Virus record (IMG/VR): IMGVR_UViG_3300023108_000002
Direction: 5' to 3' (one strand)
Length of the DNA: 64,000 nt
Source of the DNA: a virus
Taxonomy: Duplodnaviria; Caudoviricetes
Both the position numbers and the translations under genes were made by a program. The notes beneath the pieces are model-generated. The model saw nothing but the letters and a program-made list of their open reading frames with translations, was not told the origin of the DNA and searched no databases. The first letter of the stretch is position 1. Every line of letters starts with the position of its first letter. Below are positions 37,901 to 46,152 of this stretch, piece by piece.

Positions 37901-38931
37901 GGAGATCTAATGGATACAATTATGTTACCCTGCAAAATTTCTTTGGAACATATGGAGTATTCCCATCTACATCATTGAATGGTACTCATTTGGTTACAGA
38001 CACAACAACAAATAGTTTCACTATTGATTTGAGAAATCCATTCTTCCCTGCTGGTTTGACTACTGCCCAGACAGCATATTCTGGAAGTACCTTACCAACA
38101 GTTGATGATTTATTTACACCAAAATCAAACACAAACAAATTACCTTCTGTTAAATCTAATTTCAAGTATGACTTGATAAAACCCGTAATTGCAAATTTAG
38201 AGTTCCCAAGAACATCTATGACTTTTGCAATGAGAGGATTGAGTGGAACTTCTCAAGATTCAGCAGAAGTTCCAGGCATTAAAGATTCTGGATATGTTGG
38301 ATTTATTCCAAATACAAATTATGAACTAACTTCTCCTAGAATGGTTGCAATAGATTTCAATGAAAATGAATATAACCAAGAGGCAGCTGCAATTGATAAA
38401 AAATCTCTTGTATTTAGAGTAAACATGAGAAGTGAAGTTGATAATCTGTCTCCTGTTATTGATACTCAAAGAATGAGTTCAATTCTTGTATCAAATAAAA
38501 CTAACAGTCCAGAAAATGTTTCAAGGGGTGTATTGGGACATGTAAATACTGGATTTGTAGATGAAACCGAATCCACAGGTGGTTCCGCAGCAACTAAATA
38601 TATGACAAGAGAAGTGACTTTGGACCAACCAGCAACTTCATTAAGAGTTATTGCGGGAGTCAATAGAAGAGAGGGTTGTGATGTTGATTTTTATTATAGA
38701 ATTAAAACATCTGAAGATCAGCTCTTCTCTAAATTGGCATATACACTAATCCCACGCAATAGTAACTATGATGTAGCGTCTATTAATGGAGAAGATTATA
38801 AAGAATTTGATTTTGACCTGAGAGGGTTGCCGGAATTTACTTCAGTATCTATAAAAGTTGTTATGAAAACTAAAAATTCTTCAATTGTTCCTAAGATTAA
38901 GGATTTAAGAGTTATAGCATTAGCGAGTTAA
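31966..38931 (+). CDS. large virion structural protein (DUF4815 / VrlC-like)
   Basis: LNV.PYFDDYD..K.Y..ILFKPG..VQARE.TQLQ.ILQ.QI, N.N.PGADR, R.KNGF.VD.F, VNVNPF.IF, YDPLAQT, TA..LFF..KD...PV.V.VR, F.SQN.STWT. Confidence 0.85.
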   Translation: MALNLNVAPYFDDYDVNKGYLKILFKPGNSVQAREMTQLQTILQNQIANLSDHFFKEGSLVIPGQAALDLKANYVKVELGGTLSTANGFVGKIVQGKSTGIRALVVNYADAVDLNNDDVIDGSNDELTTLYVKYLDSTTSGNTTFSDGTTVNILENGTANFTINGQTVSLAEGQTSTFVEGEELVTTTDDGVNLTCTVQNNSQVLNPIGIGSLAFIEEGVYYIGGKLVRVASQSIILDKYNNKPSYRIGLEISESIVSHNDDTSLLDNSLGTTNFNSPGADRYKIQLTLTKRDYDVIDTNNFVELIAVKDGYINSYVQNTDYSVLMKTLARRTYDADGDFTIRPFKLDIREYYKENNNGGVFSMSDFEFDTEVAARQFAFDWGFSDDIGWVINGQGQAHTISSIDRLNYPEQNLDETGLKYYPANNHENLMVAIRDKLAIGVESGKAYIKGYEIERKPSSRQGKYIVFDKSRSNYQINNKYMPVNLGAFVYTSDSKGLFKIDEEVKLVNVHISNSGLTKFISVNENVDESESNYLTTITYDEDDTFYQGGGTALGTNIYGTDVIATAKVKAVEYFADSSSDAKKNNYLQSSYRPTTDVEKSKESAIYKVYLYDIEYETNPRTSQPYNMSNARSIVSSAEQTPAGIGTPIYENGANILTQLQLTDVQGGFTYKSMIYDKFNVNFRGINYYYNSIYSIMLVKPLNSGNIASGAEGTGVLPSATFNINEVIQEAIPSTDVASVNVNSWNGSQTADVGNVSARIFSKAVLHNTNGSSIIPIGHDWVQTARSIDPISGIASIDTQYSVIKRFDNVSTSPTTGNVTLTITESDAFFENIPSKYFIFSSATTTQNNGNIGFTSNFSFSTDLRTVTFNVSGDTIANGSAGLVVYAPVKKTSAKEKTKTLVKNYVELPLTLLNASGATITPVDYNNSLSFEDNDSSGTYGVDILKTNSSNATGTVNPTFAVGANLDMSLSLSTLQLQKSDIRELVKLYDTCNVNNVAYRVDVVSDTKKYIHEMTADDFAFARSAYEFYEQTGQSPFNVNLDNNIVTSLVDLANALTISEIENPFKIQMETAWAAGQLITNPTDVPVKINDITDRYDLFDGQKPSIIQLGELNLKSGSLPCGGRPIVVYNYYNHGIGDYASVDSYVDGYSTIGYYQNSRLSDVIDFRPAVSYQQLTGYPIGEGVVSDSTDYPIHNTAISADIRIYLARKDKLYIDKLGRVRVKYGSPSEDPSMPEDAADGMVIYEINTDPYTISPKALTVKMRDNKKYSMKDIGKLEKRIENLEYYTSLNLLEKDTMDLAVRDENGNDRFKNGFIVDRFVDHTVGDVFDPDYKVSISKSEGVLRPFFTEKNVNMSINAAASDGYAIKEQKLYLPYTSEYLITQEKSSKTVNVNPFAIFTFRGSVALFPSTDEWKVTNQAPDIVTDRREEYENIFGALLPEDGVLGTIWNEWEQNWTGESSDSTSSTRRVNRSNATSSVISGGRTSGGIRNETTTITTTTLTGQQTRTGTTNIVQLRDNTETVGQRILSTEIIPFMRARDVYFSADRLKPNTRLYQYFDGVDVSQYCKSSTLVTINDIPSATATWRKTNPSIVRDNMGFVFIRGGSSGTNARVFDINYLTSSSLRFHLHPDATTGFISGENIFIVYPDPEASGGERIRNAGSWPTLSSNIIAGGDLVKSDGAGFVSGTFSIPNNDDLRFKTGERVFKLSDQPNNAQDVDTEAQTTYVASGVIETVADQIVLTRMPDFQTQSAEESEAITSVEVNTVVTAGNWYDPLAQTIMINQDGGCFITAVELFFSTKDDSKPVTVQVRQTVNGYPGPKILGQSVVYPENVSISDNGVLPTEFVFPSPIYVQDETEYCIVILADTQGYRCHVARMGEQSLDGSGTISQQPYAGVFFKSQNASTWTADQMEDLKFRVSRAKFDTLANSEIYLQNTELDDMGNDLWSENFKSNSMKVAAGDTKVTFFVSDTSGMVPTSVWRSNGYNYVTLQNFFGTYGVFPSTSLNGTHLVTDTTTNSFTIDLRNPFFPAGLTTAQTAYSGSTLPTVDDLFTPKSNTNKLPSVKSNFKYDLIKPVIANLEFPRTSMTFAMRGLSGTSQDSAEVPGIKDSGYVGFIPNTNYELTSPRMVAIDFNENEYNQEAAAIDKKSLVFRVNMRSEVDNLSPVIDTQRMSSILVSNKTNSPENVSRGVLGHVNTGFVDETESTGGSAATKYMTREVTLDQPATSLRVIAGVNRREGCDVDFYYRIKTSEDQLFSKLAYTLIPRNSNYDVASINGEDYKEFDFDLRGLPEFTSVSIKVVMKTKNSSIVPKIKDLRVIALAS

Positions 38932-38933
38932 TA

Positions 38934-39140
38934 ATGAAAGAAAGACATATTGTAGAAGAAAACAAAAACTTACAGAGAGACCTGCACTCAAAAGCTATAA
39001 TAAATACTGATAGTAGAGCATATCGTGATTATATGAACAAACAACATGCTATCAAAAGAAGAGATGAAGAGATTAGAGATTTGAAATCTGAAGTTGACGA
39101 AATTAAAAAAATATTAAACCTAATATTGGAGAAAATTTAA
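38934..39140 (+). CDS. hypothetical 68-aa protein with C-terminal coiled coil
   Basis: RD..SKAIINTD...Y motif; coiled-coil end; typical position after DUF4815 genes. Confidence 0.75.
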   Translation: MKERHIVEENKNLQRDLHSKAIINTDSRAYRDYMNKQHAIKRRDEEIRDLKSEVDEIKKILNLILEKI

Positions 39141-40553
39141 ATGGCCGTAGAATATCCAACACTAGTCAGTGTAATTCTGACAGATACATTTGAAGAATGG
39201 CGTATAAAAACAAATGCTATAATCGCGCACACTGAAGCGGCGGCTCAGAATGTCGGAAATTTAAATTTTCTAAACACTGATGGAAAAACTACAATTGTAG
39301 ATGCCTTGAATGAAGTAGATACTCACACCGATACTAATACTACAAATATTGGTAATATGAGTGATATTGATAATAAAATCAAAAAGGCAACACTTGTAGA
39401 CACCCTAAATCAAGCAGTCCAATATCACGAAAAATATACAACTGATGCAGTGGCAGCAGAGGCAGCTATTCGTCTTGCAAAGGATAATTCTCTTCAATCT
39501 GAATTAGATGCAACTCAAACAGCAGCTGGTTTGACAAATAGTGGAACCTATGTTGCTCCTACTTCTACATATTTGGGAAATTCAACATCTATTATGGGCG
39601 GTATGTTAAATTTAGATACTAATTTGAAAAGTACAGCAGATTTATTGGAAGTTTTGATTGATACGGTTGGAGCAAATGAAAAGGGAGTATATAATTACAC
39701 TGGAGATACAGTTTATTACTTACAGACTCCCACGACTGGAAATGCTAAAGTAAAAAGTGCATTGATTCAATTAGATAACCAGATACATTTAAATGCTGAT
39801 AATATTTCAAATAACGTAACGGCACATAATGATTTGGCCGGAATTGTTGACAATATCAAAACTTCTATTGGTTTATTAACTGCTGATGGCTCTTATGAGG
39901 CCGACGAAAGAAATGATTACGCGGGGGGCGTTGGGGCCACATCGGTCAGGGACGATATTTCATTCTTAGACAATCAAGTTGCATCAATTTCCAATAAACT
40001 AACAGAAGATGTAGATGATATCAATGAAGCAATAAAATTAAACATTGATAATATTTCAGCAAACGCAGTAGCACACAATACTTTGGCCGAACAAGTTGAA
40101 AGTTTGAGACAGGCACTTGGTATGATAAATACCAGTTTTAACTATACCACAATTTCTGGAACAAACTATGCCAAAGGGACTACAGTTGCAGCAGATATTA
40201 AAGCACTAGACGATACCTTACATGGGGCCATTTTGCAACTTACCGGCGAAACAGAGACTTCTATCGCTAACATTTCAGGAGATTTATCTACAAAGGCAGA
40301 TAAAGTAGTTGTTGGCAATAGAGAGGACTTAAAGGGTGAGATTGGTAATACTTCTAACATTGTTGCAGCAATCAATTCTTTATATGACTTGGTGGCACCT
40401 CTCATCAATGGAGCGAGTACAACCCCATTTGTTTTAAAAACTGGAGATACAATGTCTGGTACTTTAACTATAGATGGTGGCAATTTAATTGTAACTGGAA
40501 ATCAAGGCCTATATATTAAATCAAGTGGTGATGTGATTGCATATGCTGACTAA
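39141..40553 (+). CDS. fibritin/whisker-like or tail-fibre protein
   Basis: V...DTFEEWR.KTN start; heptad segments broken by short loops; C-terminal FVLKTGDTMSGTL and SGDVIAY. Confidence 0.65.
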   Translation: MAVEYPTLVSVILTDTFEEWRIKTNAIIAHTEAAAQNVGNLNFLNTDGKTTIVDALNEVDTHTDTNTTNIGNMSDIDNKIKKATLVDTLNQAVQYHEKYTTDAVAAEAAIRLAKDNSLQSELDATQTAAGLTNSGTYVAPTSTYLGNSTSIMGGMLNLDTNLKSTADLLEVLIDTVGANEKGVYNYTGDTVYYLQTPTTGNAKVKSALIQLDNQIHLNADNISNNVTAHNDLAGIVDNIKTSIGLLTADGSYEADERNDYAGGVGATSVRDDISFLDNQVASISNKLTEDVDDINEAIKLNIDNISANAVAHNTLAEQVESLRQALGMINTSFNYTTISGTNYAKGTTVAADIKALDDTLHGAILQLTGETETSIANISGDLSTKADKVVVGNREDLKGEIGNTSNIVAAINSLYDLVAPLINGASTTPFVLKTGDTMSGTLTIDGGNLIVTGNQGLYIKSSGDVIAYAD

Positions 40554-40576
40554 ATCCTAATTAAAGAGTATTATAC

Positions 40577-43500
40577 ATGTCTATTACAGCTTTACCTGCC
40601 TCTGGAAGAATAACATTAGCACAAATTCAAGGCGAATTCAATCCCTCTGATAATTCAGCACCACATGCGTTATCTGAATATTATAGAGGACATGGCAATG
40701 TTGAAGATATTATTGAGAACGAAAATATTCCAGCTGTTCAAAAGACTCAAATAAAATTTAGTGATTTCTTTGGCACCAGTGATGAGGTGGGACCATCTTC
40801 CGTCGATCTCCCTGCAATTAATGTTGAAGATTTTTGGCAAGAATGTCAGGGTGTTAATAATTGGAACGATATTCAGGATAATTGGAAACAATATGTAACT
40901 AGAATTAATGATAGACATGCGGTTGCAGTAGATGTTCGTTCTGAAAAAGCGAAAGTTGAAGTAGAATTTAATAATACAGGTTTTGGTCCTCCCATAATGA
41001 TGGAGACTGGTGTTGGGGAAGATACTGGATTTGAAAAACTCCTTAGAAATACGCAAGAAAATAAAGATTACTTTGAATTTGGTGAATGGGCTCTTACTGT
41101 ACCAAATAAATTTTATAGATTTAGAATAGTTGCAACTGCTGGTGGTGGAAGTGGAAGTGTTCAAAAAACAGAATTGACAGGAGATGCTCTTCTCAATAAA
41201 GATTTGCCTGGATTAGAGGAATCTGGTTATAAGGGAGGAGATGCAGTAATAATATCAAATGGTGCCACCGTTAAAATGTTTGGTGCTCCTGGCGGAACTG
41301 ACCCTGATGGAATTCCTGATGTTTCAATTATTCCAGAACAGGGACAATATACAGTTAAGAATAATGGAACAGTTACAGGAGATTATTTAAAAATATCTTC
41401 AACCACTGTTGAACATCCTTTGGTTGTAACTAAAGGAAATTATATATTGGAAGCCGGCCAAAAACACACCATCAAAATTGTTGGCGGTGGTGGAGGCGGT
41501 GGTGCTGGCTCTGATGATTGGAAAGATTTTGGTGCGGTTGGTACGGCGGGTACAGCAACAACCATAGAAATTCTCAAAGAAGATGGAAGTGTTCACGAAA
41601 CATATTCTGCAGCTGGCGGCCGCCGAGGTAAAGGTGGAGACAGGCCGAAATGGGGTGGTGGAGAAACCAGCACCCATACGCGATTGATTGGTCTTAAATA
41701 TGGAGAAAGAGGCCAAAGTAGTACATTCGGGGCTGGTGGCGGTGGCGGCGCCCAAGGCAGTACTGGTAGGCACGGTACTGCTGGTGGCGCTGGGGGAAGA
41801 GGAGCCGGCGGCGGCGGCGGTGGCGCAGGAGTCAAATGGAGAACTGGATTTGGCGGTCAAGGAGGCGGGGCCGGAGAAGAAAAAACTGTTGAAATTGATT
41901 TGACAGGAAAGACTCAAAATTGGACTATGAAAGTGACAGCCATAGGTCAAGGCGGCGCTGGAGGTCCAAGAGATGGTGGTAGCACAAAAGGTGGTGCAGG
42001 CGGCACGGGCGGAAATGGTGCTATAGAATATAATTCAGTTATGTCGAGTGATAAACCAAGATTTGTTCAATTCTATTGGAGCAATAATGTAATTGAAAGT
42101 TATTATGCTGGAAATAATTCTCGCACCACAGCACAGGAATATTCAGGCACTTCTTATAATTATATTTCAGAAGTAAATGAAATTTCAAGAGTAGGAGAAA
42201 CTAGATACTATTCTCTCACAAGAATTCCAATTCCAGAAAGCGCCGATAATGATGGAGTTGCTGATGTCAATTGGAGTACATCTAGAAGCAATCTAATGGA
42301 AGTTTCTGGTGGAATTGAAACGAGTAAACCACTTGGAAAATATATGCACAGATTTCCAGATTCAGCAAAAAGATATACTCAAGACAATATTGTAAACTAT
42401 ACTGTAGGGGAAGATGGAAACTTTATGTTGCCTATTGGGCCTCCTACGGGAAATGCGAGATTTTCTGTTTTTGGAGACCCATCAAAATATCCAATAAACA
42501 TGTATTACAGAGAATTCGATCAAAGAGCTCAACATCAAGATAAAAAAGGTGGATCTGGTAAAGGCGGAAAATCGTTTTATGGGGATGGAACTGTAGGCGC
42601 AGCAGAATATCCAAATATTTCGGGCCCCGAAGGAACACCAGCTTTTGGAGCCGGTGGCGGGGCCGGTCAGCACGGCGGTAGAGGGAGTGATGCGTATGGC
42701 TATACTGAAACGTATGGTGGATATGGAGCTCCAACTGCATATCTAGGAGACTTCTCATGCGAACCAGGCGATATTATTAATATCCAAGTTCCACAGGGCG
42801 GTAGAGAATCTAGAAACGAATATACAGAATATGATGAAGATACAGGTGATGGACAGAGATACGTTTCTAGAGCGGATCGCGGGGGAGATGGTTTAGTTCA
42901 GATATATGGACTACATGGTCCTTCATTTACTGAAATGTCTCATGGCGGAATTGTTCTTATGGACGACACAGGAAGAGTTTTGAAAAATTTATATTCTAGT
43001 GGCACATCGAAACGTGGTGTAAATGAAGGCCTTCCTTCAATTCCAAACAAAATAAGTGTTGTTTTAAATGGAACAACCGATCCATCAAGTCCAAAAAGAT
43101 ATTATATTGGATATACAGCAAGAATTAGAAAGTCTGGTAAATTTAGAACTCCAACTAAATTTAATGCCCCAGGCGCAAAGGTCACTATCACTCCAACATT
43201 TACGGAAAATGTTACACCAACTGAGTTCCAACCAATATACTTGCTCCCAGACTATCAAGGACAAGAAGAGGTTTCAGTTGGAACTTTTGGCACTAGAGAT
43301 GCTATTGATAATGAATTGGTTCCAAACTGGTTCATAAAGAAATGTGATGTAACTTTTACAGCCACAAGGGATGCTGGAGACAGTAATACCGCTACTTTTA
43401 CTAAAGTGGAATCAACAAATGCGGATGTTGGACCAGATACCATTACTTTTGGCCCGAATGGCGGAACCCAAACATTTACAGTGGCAGAAGATGAAGTATA

Positions 43501-43975
43501 TGCTTTGAGGCCCAGCAATATAACTAACAATAGAGGCGCTGCTGGAGGAACTTACACCATAAAAACTTATGCTTATGAAGATGGAAGATTTCAGTTAGAA
43601 GACCGTTCCTCTGTTGATAGTTGGGCCAATGCCGATCTTGGTGTTACTCCCTCTATGGGAAAATTCTATGTTGAGACTGGAGTGACATATTTTAGTTGTG
43701 GTAGAGAAACAAATTCTTCAGGAAGAACTGCCGGAACAGTAAGGAATTATGTTGCAGCCGTGGTCATGTCCCATGATGATCCGGGCGCTTGGAAAAATGA
43801 TAACAATAATGATGATCGAATCACATACACCTACACAGACACACAAGTCATAGTCGATTTCGGCAGCGGTATGGTTCATACACACGACAGAGTTTCCACC
43901 GACCCAGATGGAGTCCAAAGCGAGAATGGCGGTTTGGATCTGTTCTCCGGCAGCAGTTGGTTGGGTGGATGGTAA
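40577..43975 (+). CDS. glycine-rich tail fibre / adhesin
   Basis: N-terminal SG.I....I..EF....LSEYYRG...IKFSDF.G; several GGGGGG polyglycine blocks. Confidence 0.75.
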   Translation: MSITALPASGRITLAQIQGEFNPSDNSAPHALSEYYRGHGNVEDIIENENIPAVQKTQIKFSDFFGTSDEVGPSSVDLPAINVEDFWQECQGVNNWNDIQDNWKQYVTRINDRHAVAVDVRSEKAKVEVEFNNTGFGPPIMMETGVGEDTGFEKLLRNTQENKDYFEFGEWALTVPNKFYRFRIVATAGGGSGSVQKTELTGDALLNKDLPGLEESGYKGGDAVIISNGATVKMFGAPGGTDPDGIPDVSIIPEQGQYTVKNNGTVTGDYLKISSTTVEHPLVVTKGNYILEAGQKHTIKIVGGGGGGGAGSDDWKDFGAVGTAGTATTIEILKEDGSVHETYSAAGGRRGKGGDRPKWGGGETSTHTRLIGLKYGERGQSSTFGAGGGGGAQGSTGRHGTAGGAGGRGAGGGGGGAGVKWRTGFGGQGGGAGEEKTVEIDLTGKTQNWTMKVTAIGQGGAGGPRDGGSTKGGAGGTGGNGAIEYNSVMSSDKPRFVQFYWSNNVIESYYAGNNSRTTAQEYSGTSYNYISEVNEISRVGETRYYSLTRIPIPESADNDGVADVNWSTSRSNLMEVSGGIETSKPLGKYMHRFPDSAKRYTQDNIVNYTVGEDGNFMLPIGPPTGNARFSVFGDPSKYPINMYYREFDQRAQHQDKKGGSGKGGKSFYGDGTVGAAEYPNISGPEGTPAFGAGGGAGQHGGRGSDAYGYTETYGGYGAPTAYLGDFSCEPGDIINIQVPQGGRESRNEYTEYDEDTGDGQRYVSRADRGGDGLVQIYGLHGPSFTEMSHGGIVLMDDTGRVLKNLYSSGTSKRGVNEGLPSIPNKISVVLNGTTDPSSPKRYYIGYTARIRKSGKFRTPTKFNAPGAKVTITPTFTENVTPTEFQPIYLLPDYQGQEEVSVGTFGTRDAIDNELVPNWFIKKCDVTFTATRDAGDSNTATFTKVESTNADVGPDTITFGPNGGTQTFTVAEDEVYALRPSNITNNRGAAGGTYTIKTYAYEDGRFQLEDRSSVDSWANADLGVTPSMGKFYVETGVTYFSCGRETNSSGRTAGTVRNYVAAVVMSHDDPGAWKNDNNNDDRITYTYTDTQVIVDFGSGMVHTHDRVSTDPDGVQSENGGLDLFSGSSWLGGW

Positions 43976-44041
43976 AGGTTGAAACTAGTAAGGATAAAAT
44001 ATAATGACATTCGCAATACAAATATTTGAAGGTAGATATTA

Positions 44042-46090
44042 ATGGCACAAAGATATGTAGATCCTAGCACTTTTACAAACTACGGAGTATCTAGACAAAG
44101 AAGTTCTTTCACCACACTTCAGGGTGTTGGTGAAATTTCTAGTGCTGGAGCGATTTCTGGCGGCGCGATGATGGTTCTTGCGACAGATTTGACTACAAGT
44201 TGGACTATGTATAATGGAGATCCTATTGCGGGAAATGAAATTATTGATCAGGATATTGCCAGTCCAGTGACTCCAATCACAAAACAATTTTTCACACAGG
44301 TTTCTTTGAATCGTCCAACCACTTCTAATGGCGCGGGCTCTGGACCTTATGCTGGAGTTGCAAACTTTAGTCAACTCAATGCTGGAATTAATCCAGAACA
44401 ACATGTTATGGTTTTTGAAACTAATGACGATATTTTACCAAAAAGTGGTGCCGTTTCGAGAGGGATTGACCAAAATTATAGAATTAGATTTGAGTTGGAT
44501 TTGCGTCCAAGACTTTATTTTGATGTGGCAGGAAATTCTGGTGATGTTGAATTTAACCAAGAATTATATCAATTAAATATTCGTATGAGTTCTAGGGGCG
44601 ATCCGCAATATGCAGTTGGTAGTACAATTGATGAAGCAACATTTGTTCCAGATTCTTATCATCCTGGCTATTCATTTACAGGAACATTAGCTTCTGGATG
44701 GGAGTTATCCACAGGAATACCAAATCCAAAATATGGTTGGTTCAAAGTAAATGTAGGAACCGCAAATCAAATATTAAATGATGGTAGTGTAGTATCTCCA
44801 CAATTGAGTGGTGATGGACTTATTACATTAGAAAACGGTTCGTCCACAAACACATCAGTTATTAGAAATCCTGGCGAGATGGTAGACTTATCTTTTGATG
44901 ATGTTGTTATTGCTGCTGATGTTTCTAATAGTGGCCCATATCATGTTTACGGAACTGAAACGGACACTTCTACATATGGCCTTAGTAAAGGATATTATTA
45001 TCCATTGTATCTAGACCAAGCAGCTTCGAATGCAGCGGATATTGCAGCAGGAGGCACAGGAATATCTCATACTCATACTTTTACTGAATATCCTCTTGCC
45101 ACCTTCTATATGCCAGATTCTGACCAAAATCATACAATGGCAACCGCTCCGAGCTCTTCTAGTTACACAAGATATATAAACAATAGATCGATAAGATTTA
45201 GAAATAAAAGAAAAGGTGGTGGATGGTTTAAGAGATATCCTAAAACCGACCCTACTCTTGAAGGAACATATCCTTTTTCATATAGATTAACAATGACTGA
45301 AAGAGGATTAATTTTATATATGTATGATGATGCGGCAAGTGATCAGGCAGATGATTATGCGTGGTTTTGCGTTCAAAGAACAGTAAGCAATGAAAGTGGA
45401 TTACCAAGAACAGATGAGGGTTCAAAATTTCCAGTTCACGCAATGTACTCATGTTCAAGAGAATCTTCATATTCTAGTGATGCAGGAGTTTATTTTTCCA
45501 GTCAGGCTGCAAATTTACAAACAGCAGAAACTATGGTTAATCAAGTTTACGACGATCAAGGAAATGAATATACGCTTGAAAATATTGATAATACTAAAAC
45601 ATTTTATATTTTGAGTCCATTTGATAGAGAAGATTATCTTGGAGATGAAGCAGCCGCAAAAAATATTTGGAGATTTGTTGTAAGAGAATTTGATATTCAA
45701 AAACCATCTGATGTTCATAAATTTGCAACAAGACATCAAATTGATAGCAATGCAGTAATCAATCCACTGGAACAATTAGCAATCACAGACGAAAACAGAT
45801 TTGTCATTACATTTCCAACGGGACTTACGACACAAAGATTTATGTATCCAAAAGAAGAGATAGATCTTATTTGTTTTTCCTCTGCTGAAGTTGTTGCTGA
45901 AGGAAGTAATATTCCAATGGCAACATATCTATACGATGGAGCTAGTGAAGATAAAAGACGCTATCAGGGAATGCGTTCAACTGCTGCATTTGGAAACGGT
46001 ATGAGAATTATGGTTTTGGTTAATTCACAATACATATTTAATTCGGATGTTAACTTAGATGCCAACGACCCTGTTGGAACAGGAACTTAA
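44042..46090 (+). CDS. unrecognised probable virion protein, paralogue 1 (682 aa)
   Basis: Shares ordered motifs with the next two ORFs (YP.SYRLT, DDYAWF.VQR, RFVVRE.D, INP.EQL.IT, GNGMRI). Confidence 0.8.
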   Translation: MAQRYVDPSTFTNYGVSRQRSSFTTLQGVGEISSAGAISGGAMMVLATDLTTSWTMYNGDPIAGNEIIDQDIASPVTPITKQFFTQVSLNRPTTSNGAGSGPYAGVANFSQLNAGINPEQHVMVFETNDDILPKSGAVSRGIDQNYRIRFELDLRPRLYFDVAGNSGDVEFNQELYQLNIRMSSRGDPQYAVGSTIDEATFVPDSYHPGYSFTGTLASGWELSTGIPNPKYGWFKVNVGTANQILNDGSVVSPQLSGDGLITLENGSSTNTSVIRNPGEMVDLSFDDVVIAADVSNSGPYHVYGTETDTSTYGLSKGYYYPLYLDQAASNAADIAAGGTGISHTHTFTEYPLATFYMPDSDQNHTMATAPSSSSYTRYINNRSIRFRNKRKGGGWFKRYPKTDPTLEGTYPFSYRLTMTERGLILYMYDDAASDQADDYAWFCVQRTVSNESGLPRTDEGSKFPVHAMYSCSRESSYSSDAGVYFSSQAANLQTAETMVNQVYDDQGNEYTLENIDNTKTFYILSPFDREDYLGDEAAAKNIWRFVVREFDIQKPSDVHKFATRHQIDSNAVINPLEQLAITDENRFVITFPTGLTTQRFMYPKEEIDLICFSSAEVVAEGSNIPMATYLYDGASEDKRRYQGMRSTAAFGNGMRIMVLVNSQYIFNSDVNLDANDPVGTGT

Positions 46091-46116
46091 TAAAGATATA
46101 AGGACTATTTTTTTTT

Positions 46117-46124
46117 TATAAATA
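46117..46124 (+). promoter_or_regulatory. T4 late promoter upstream of paralogue 2
   Basis: TTTTTTTATAAATATAAAGAAAA followed by an AAGGAG RBS. Confidence 0.8.
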
Positions 46125-46152
46125 TAAAGAAAAATACACAAAGGAGAATTTA

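Noticed and set aside
41399-41950. Several long alternative-frame ORFs over the Gly-rich fibre region
   Set aside because: Explained by stop-poor GGN-rich codons of the real gene
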